64,000 nt of DNA. Source: Botryllus schlosseri (taxonomy: Eukaryota). The stretch is taken from assembly GCA_051294905.1 (NCBI GenBank), contig CM119371.1:35712001-35776000 (forward strand), in the 5' to 3' direction. Both the position numbers and the translations under genes were made by a program. This document shows positions 60,210 through 64,000 of this stretch, one piece after another (position 1 is the first letter of the stretch; the number at the start of each line of letters is the position of its first letter). Below the pieces are notes generated by a model, which was not told the DNA's origin, searched no databases, and saw nothing but the letters and a program-made list of their open reading frames with translations.

Positions 60210-61446
60210 CACATTCTTCGTAAGTACGTTTGATATCACGAAATTTAGCATAGAAACTCATTGCATGCATATCAGTTTCTACTTCATTACCGTTATTGCG
60301 AGTTTTTACTGAAGTACGATTCAATAACGAATACAGAACAGTATCACGACCATGACTATTCAATGCTTCTACTGACGGATCGTAAAGTTTATTTCCAAAT
60401 TTTACGACAACAGTTTTTCCAGCAAATGATAGTGGGTACTTTTCAGTCATGATCTCAGAGCCATTTTTCACATCACAAAACATCCAGAAAGAGGCAGGCT
60501 TAATCAAGCCATAATCGCAGTTCACAGCTGTGCGTTGTACTGTCATAATAGTCTCTAGGAGAGCAGCATTATTCATGAAAATACTAGCGCAATTCGGAAA
60601 CATACAAATAGATTTGTCGGCATCGTAATATCTGAATGCATCCAACTTTTCCAAAGTACTCAATACATAGTTTGCTACATCACTAGTCAAAAACATATGA
60701 GTCAGCATTTCTTTACCAGAGTGACAATCACCCTCAAACCAAAAATTCGGGGCTATATCTCTGCGGCGAACATAACCTTCAAAGATAGAAACAACGAGCG
60801 CTGCCCTGAGGAAATTAAGACTACGCATTTGTCCGGCATACCAAATTTCGGTGATATTTTCTTCAAGCGCAGAATACAAAAACACAGCATTTTGAATCGT
60901 AGGTTGAGGACTTAACTTCTCGATCACTTTATTGAATTTTCGACTTCTCATATAATCACTTGCCAGAATTTCACTCGTACTGGATTCGCGCAACACTCGA
61001 ATAACAGAAATCACAGAGCGCCTACGAGCACTAACATTTGTTGAATCAGACGAGACACTTTGATCACTAGCTAACGATCTCATATTCGATATCATTGGCG
61101 AATCATCATCAGACAGGTCACTTAACATCGCTGTTTCTGTATCTTCTCGGGTGGACTGCTTGTTCGAAGGCGCTACACCAAAATGACCATTTTTCATGAT
61201 TTTGCGTATCTCTGCACGAGCCGCTTCCGTACGACGAATTTTGATTGGAGGCTCTTGACTATTCTCATCCGTACGTCGAATTTTAACAAAAGGTTGAGTG
61301 TTTTGCCAATCAAAACCTTCGCTGATTGATTTAGCTTCACTGCTATCATCACCGGTGATGTCAATCACGTCGACTTGAGTCGTACTACTTTCGTTATCTA
61401 CTGCGACTTGTTCCATCTCGTCATTTACGACTTGTTCAGTATTCAT
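60205..61446 (-). CDS. About 413-aa protein: acidic disordered N-terminus plus degenerate SF3-helicase-like domain
   Basis: FLRAALVVSIFEGYVRR...NFWFEGDCHSGKEML resembles E1/NS1 Walker A context; expected Walker B lacks acidic residues (ICMFPN); SIM-like VDVIDIT. First ATG at 61446. The ORF is certain, the function tentative. Confidence 0.6.
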   Translation of the reverse strand: MNTEQVVNDEMEQVAVDNESSTTQVDVIDITGDDSSEAKSISEGFDWQNTQPFVKIRRTDENSQEPPIKIRRTEAARAEIRKIMKNGHFGVAPSNKQSTREDTETAMLSDLSDDDSPMISNMRSLASDQSVSSDSTNVSARRRSVISVIRVLRESSTSEILASDYMRSRKFNKVIEKLSPQPTIQNAVFLYSALEENITEIWYAGQMRSLNFLRAALVVSIFEGYVRRRDIAPNFWFEGDCHSGKEMLTHMFLTSDVANYVLSTLEKLDAFRYYDADKSICMFPNCASIFMNNAALLETIMTVQRTAVNCDYGLIKPASFWMFCDVKNGSEIMTEKYPLSFAGKTVVVKFGNKLYDPSVEALNSHGRDTVLYSLLNRTSVKTRNNGNEVETDMHAMSFYAKFRDIKRTYEECE

Positions 61447-61739
61447 TCTCAATACTCAATAACTAAAGTACGTCGTATTCGAAATACTGAGCGTATCTAA
61501 ATCTATTCCCTAACGACGTCTGCGCGATACTCGACAATAACAAAACGCAGCTGTTCGAACGTAGTGGAACTTAGCATTACTAACTCTAAATGCGCCGTTA
61601 AAATCAATTCCCCTATGAGTTAGACAACAGTGCGTTACTCGTAGCGATTCAATCGTAATACTCTATAATATCAAAAACGCAAATGACTGCGATCTCTAAA
61701 TAGTAGTCGCATAGCTGAGGCTAAACAACGCGAATAAAT

Positions 61740-61822
61740 ACTGGGTTGGCCGAGTGGTTAAGGCGTTGGGTTTAAGTTCCAATGAGCAAGTGTTCACGTG
61801 GGTTCGAATCCCACACCTAGTA
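61740..61822 (+). tRNA. tRNA-Leu(TAA): tRNA-Leu(UAA)
   Basis: 83-nt type II cloverleaf; acceptor ACTGGGT/ACCTAGT; anticodon loop TTTAAGT; paired variable arm TGAGC/GTTCA; A73. Confidence 0.93.
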
Positions 61823-61867
61823 CTGTTTGCGATCACAATAAACGCGCATGCTTGCGCCTCTGAAACT

Positions 61868-62125
61868 AACGTTGACAGCTGCGGCTATGAAACTGCGGCA
61901 GTTGACAGTTGCGCAACGTTCGAGATAATTTAAGTTTAAAAAATAACAGCTGCGGCGTTGAATTTGAATCTGCGGCTGTTGCGAAACAGTTGCGCAACGT
62001 TCGAGATAATCATTTTAAATTTAAAAAATAACAGCTGCGGCGTGAACGTTGAATTTGAATCTGTGACAGTTGCGAAACAGCTGCGCAATGTGCGAGACAT
62101 TCAATCATTTTAAATTTTTAAAAAA
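61868..62125. repeat. Three imperfect tandem repeats (periods about 81 and 91 bp) with palindromic cores
   Basis: TTGCGCAA at 61909 and 61990, CTGCGCAA at 62081; each unit carries CGAGA, TTTAA..TTTAAAAAAT and CAGCTG motifs. Confidence 0.85.
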
Positions 62126-62145
62126 TCAGAGAAGACGCCGAGGTC

Positions 62146-62180
62146 TATAAAACCACAGTAGCTAGTGCATAATTTCAGTT
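62146..62180 (+). promoter_or_regulatory. TATA box plus initiator upstream of the BIR gene
   Basis: TATAAAA at 62146-62152 and TCAGTT at 62175-62180, about 31 bp apart; ATG at 62194. Confidence 0.65.
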
Positions 62181-62193
62181 CTATTCAAGAGAC

Positions 62194-62580
62194 ATGGAAA
62201 AGATCAAGCCGTGCGGAACGCATCAATCAATAAAGAATTCCGAGGGCGAAATACTATATGAACCTTGTGATTTATTAAATCAACCCGTCTTTCGTAAAAT
62301 GAATTTCGATAGACGCTTGCAATCATTCGAGTCTCATAAAGAGAATTTCAGAGTTAGTGCATTTGAACTCGCGACTTGTGGACTATTCCACTTAGGATTC
62401 AACAATCACGTCAAGTGCTACATTTGTGGTCAATTGTTTGATAACTTGACAAATTGTACAGATGTCTGGAGCGAGCATGCTAGACTCAATCCTTCCTGTC
62501 CTCTGATCATGAAATTAGCAAAGGATTCTAAGTTCTTTCGCAACGTGCTTATTCGTATACCGCATAGCAGTTTTCGTTGA
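62194..62580 (+). CDS. Single-BIR inhibitor-of-apoptosis-like protein, 128 aa, no RING
   Basis: RRLQSF...ELATCGLF...VKCYICG; exact C-X2-C-X16-H-X6-C zinc ligand spacing. Confidence 0.9.
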   Translation: MEKIKPCGTHQSIKNSEGEILYEPCDLLNQPVFRKMNFDRRLQSFESHKENFRVSAFELATCGLFHLGFNNHVKCYICGQLFDNLTNCTDVWSEHARLNPSCPLIMKLAKDSKFFRNVLIRIPHSSFR

Positions 62581-62589
62581 ATCTTTAAT

Positions 62590-63168
62590 GTGTGTATTTT
62601 TTGTTTAGATCGAATCATGTCTATAGCAATTAGAGCCGAGTCGCAACTCCCAGAAGGACCTCTTCGGAAAGACATTTACATTTTCAATAACATATCGAAG
62701 CTTCGAATCGAAACTGCAGACGATCAGCTGATTGATCCTCGACAAGTACGTGTGTTTCCAACGAATGGCGCAATTCAACGATTCAAAGCAAGTTTAACTC
62801 ATAATGGGAAGCTCGTTGCGTGTTACACTCGAGAAGGTATCGAATACTTTCAGCAAATCAATCTCGCTGATGAATATATATTATATTCTCCGTCGAACGT
62901 CGTCGATGACGTAGAAAATTCACCGCTGGGGTGGATTTTACAAGAAACATCGCGTTACATTGCGCCGAATGGTCAAATACAGCCTATGGATCGCGCTAAA
63001 GCGGGATTTCCAAATGGTTATGGTAACTTTGCTGGGTATTCGAATGGTGGGATGCCGAATGCCAATGCAAGTTTCCGGAATGCTGGCAATGCTACTGGAG
63101 CCTTTCCAAATAGCAATACGCAATACGGCAATCGCAGATGGATGCCAAACAATTCTCAGCAATTTTGA
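62590..63168 (+). CDS. Hypothetical protein, 183-192 aa, with Gly/Asn/Phe/Tyr-rich low-complexity tail
   Basis: Long ORF; alternative start 62617 after an acceptor-like TTTTTTGTTTAG; AATAAA at about 63226. Confidence 0.75.
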   Translation: MCIFCLDRIMSIAIRAESQLPEGPLRKDIYIFNNISKLRIETADDQLIDPRQVRVFPTNGAIQRFKASLTHNGKLVACYTREGIEYFQQINLADEYILYSPSNVVDDVENSPLGWILQETSRYIAPNGQIQPMDRAKAGFPNGYGNFAGYSNGGMPNANASFRNAGNATGAFPNSNTQYGNRRWMPNNSQQF

Positions 63169-63304
63169 ATTGTCTCGGAAGCGCGCTCAATGCGATATCA
63201 ATTGTTTTATTGCTATGTGAGTGGAAATAAAAGCTTCCTGTGATTATGATTGTTGTGTTCGATGATTTTCAGTGCTGATAGACTTATATCAAGATAGCAT
63301 ATGA

Positions 63305-63377
63305 GGTAATTTAATTGCTCAGCCCTGTAGAGCAGCTTTGTGTTTATAAGCAGGTCACTCAAGTTTAGTACTCTCCG
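63305..63377 (+). pseudogene. Decayed copy of the element's own tRNA-Ala gene
   Basis: Collinear blocks GCTCAGC, GTAGAGCAGCT, AAGCAG, GTCAC, TCAA, GTACTCTCC shared with 47770-47841; anticodon and B box destroyed. Confidence 0.6.
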
Positions 63378-63704
63378 TAGAGGTTATTGCACAATCTATC
63401 TCTAATATGCTGCAATACAGACAGGTTCAGACGTGTCTATTCACTTCCGTCGAGTGACTTTTATAACACATTTTACACAATCACATGAGCAGTTTATTAA
63501 TAACCAACAAGCACATTTACTAATCGTTCAGAACAAGGCGTAGAGCTTCTTTGAGATCTTGGCACACTTTCTTGATATCAGAATCCTTTTTTTGATTTGC
63601 AATGTAAAAGCAATAACAGTTTCGCATAGATGAGCATATGATTACGAATAAACCGATATTGAAGTCTTCTGAGAGCATATTCACTAGTCCGCGCAATTCT
63701 GCTC

Positions 63705-63989
63705 TTAGTACGTTATGTCTTTCAGAGCATTTGAATTGCTATTCGAAGGTATCTGACAGCTGTGAACTAATTCTTCAAGTTTGTTCATCGTAGCGTAACG
63801 ACCATTTTTACGAATCCATAACTGTATCATTTGATATCGTTGCTCAGTTAAGTTATAGCAATCCATGTATTGACATTCGGCAATTTCATTGTCAGATAGC
63901 TCAAGTTTTTCACGTGCAAACCTATACCAGTTCATCAGGTCAATTCGATCCATTATGACGTATATATCATTAGCAGTAATCTTTGACAT
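63705..63989 (-). CDS. Death-domain-only protein, about 94 aa (frame stays open to the window edge)
   Basis: WYRFAREKLELSDNEIAEC...LTEQRYQMIQLWIRKNGRYATMNKLEELV fits the FADD/RIP-type death-domain pattern. Confidence 0.85.
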   Translation of the reverse strand: MSKITANDIYVIMDRIDLMNWYRFAREKLELSDNEIAECQYMDCYNLTEQRYQMIQLWIRKNGRYATMNKLEELVHSCQIPSNSNSNALKDITY

Positions 63990-64000
63990 ATTCAATCTGC

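Larger units (their letters stand above)
46643..64000. mobile_element. Polinton/Maverick (adintovirus-like endogenous virus); left end present, right end outside the window
   Basis: Full core set (pPolB, integrase, adenain, packaging ATPase, major and minor capsid) as uninterrupted, tightly packed ORFs; begins with Polinton-type AGTAGT. Confidence 0.97.

Noticed and set aside
49937-60915. Plus-strand short ORFs antisense to the viral core genes
   Set aside because: Shadow ORFs of long coding regions, with no motifs or expression signals.
62590-62616. MCIFCLDR as the start of a RING domain completing an IAP
   Set aside because: No further RING ligands follow; the bases double as a pyrimidine tract and acceptor before ATG 62617.
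46643-64000. Bacterial prophage or contamination, suggested by overlapping ORFs and tRNAs
   Set aside because: Eukaryote-specific cargo (Bcl-2, BIR, E2, chromodomain), metazoan-type tRNA-Pro and tRNA-Leu without encoded CCA, an intron, poly(A) signals and a TATA/Inr all point to a eukaryotic virus.
63200-64000. Right terminal inverted repeat of the Polinton
   Set aside because: No reverse-complement match to 46643 onward was seen; the element continues past the window, so the TSD and completeness remain unverified.

Overview
Eukaryotic (metazoan-type) genomic DNA in two parts; the host cannot be identified from the sequence. (1) Positions 1-46.6 kb are AT-rich host DNA dense in transposon debris. 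This includes at least seven hAT elements or MITEs with terminal inverted repeats (TIRs) and 8-bp target-site duplications (TSDs), decayed hAT transposases, and LINE and Gypsy remnants. It also holds three phase-compatible minus-strand exons of a TPR-like host gene whose 5' part is not seen before 46.6 kb. (2) From 46643 (terminus AGTAGTATTATAC) to beyond the window end lies an apparently intact Polinton/Maverick (adintovirus-like endogenous virus). Its core genes are protein-primed PolB, an FtsK/A32 packaging ATPase, an integrase with chromodomain, two tandem minor capsid (penton) genes, the major capsid protein, an adenain protease and core/membrane proteins. Its cargo is unusual: a Bcl-2 homolog, a BIR protein, a death-domain protein, a ubiquitin E2, three structurally intact tRNA genes (Ala-UGC, Pro-UGG, Leu-UAA) plus a decayed tRNA-Ala copy, and a degenerate SF3-helicase-like gene. 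The minus-strand block also has a compact expression architecture. Five poly(A) signals overlap stop codons, ORFs within each unit are joined by ATGA or TAA-ATG junctions, splice acceptors precede several starts, a 54-nt intron restores a pX-like hydrophobic C-terminus, and a 38-aa membrane ORF falls below the ORF-track cutoff. Family assignments come from motif recognition by eye; no searches were run.
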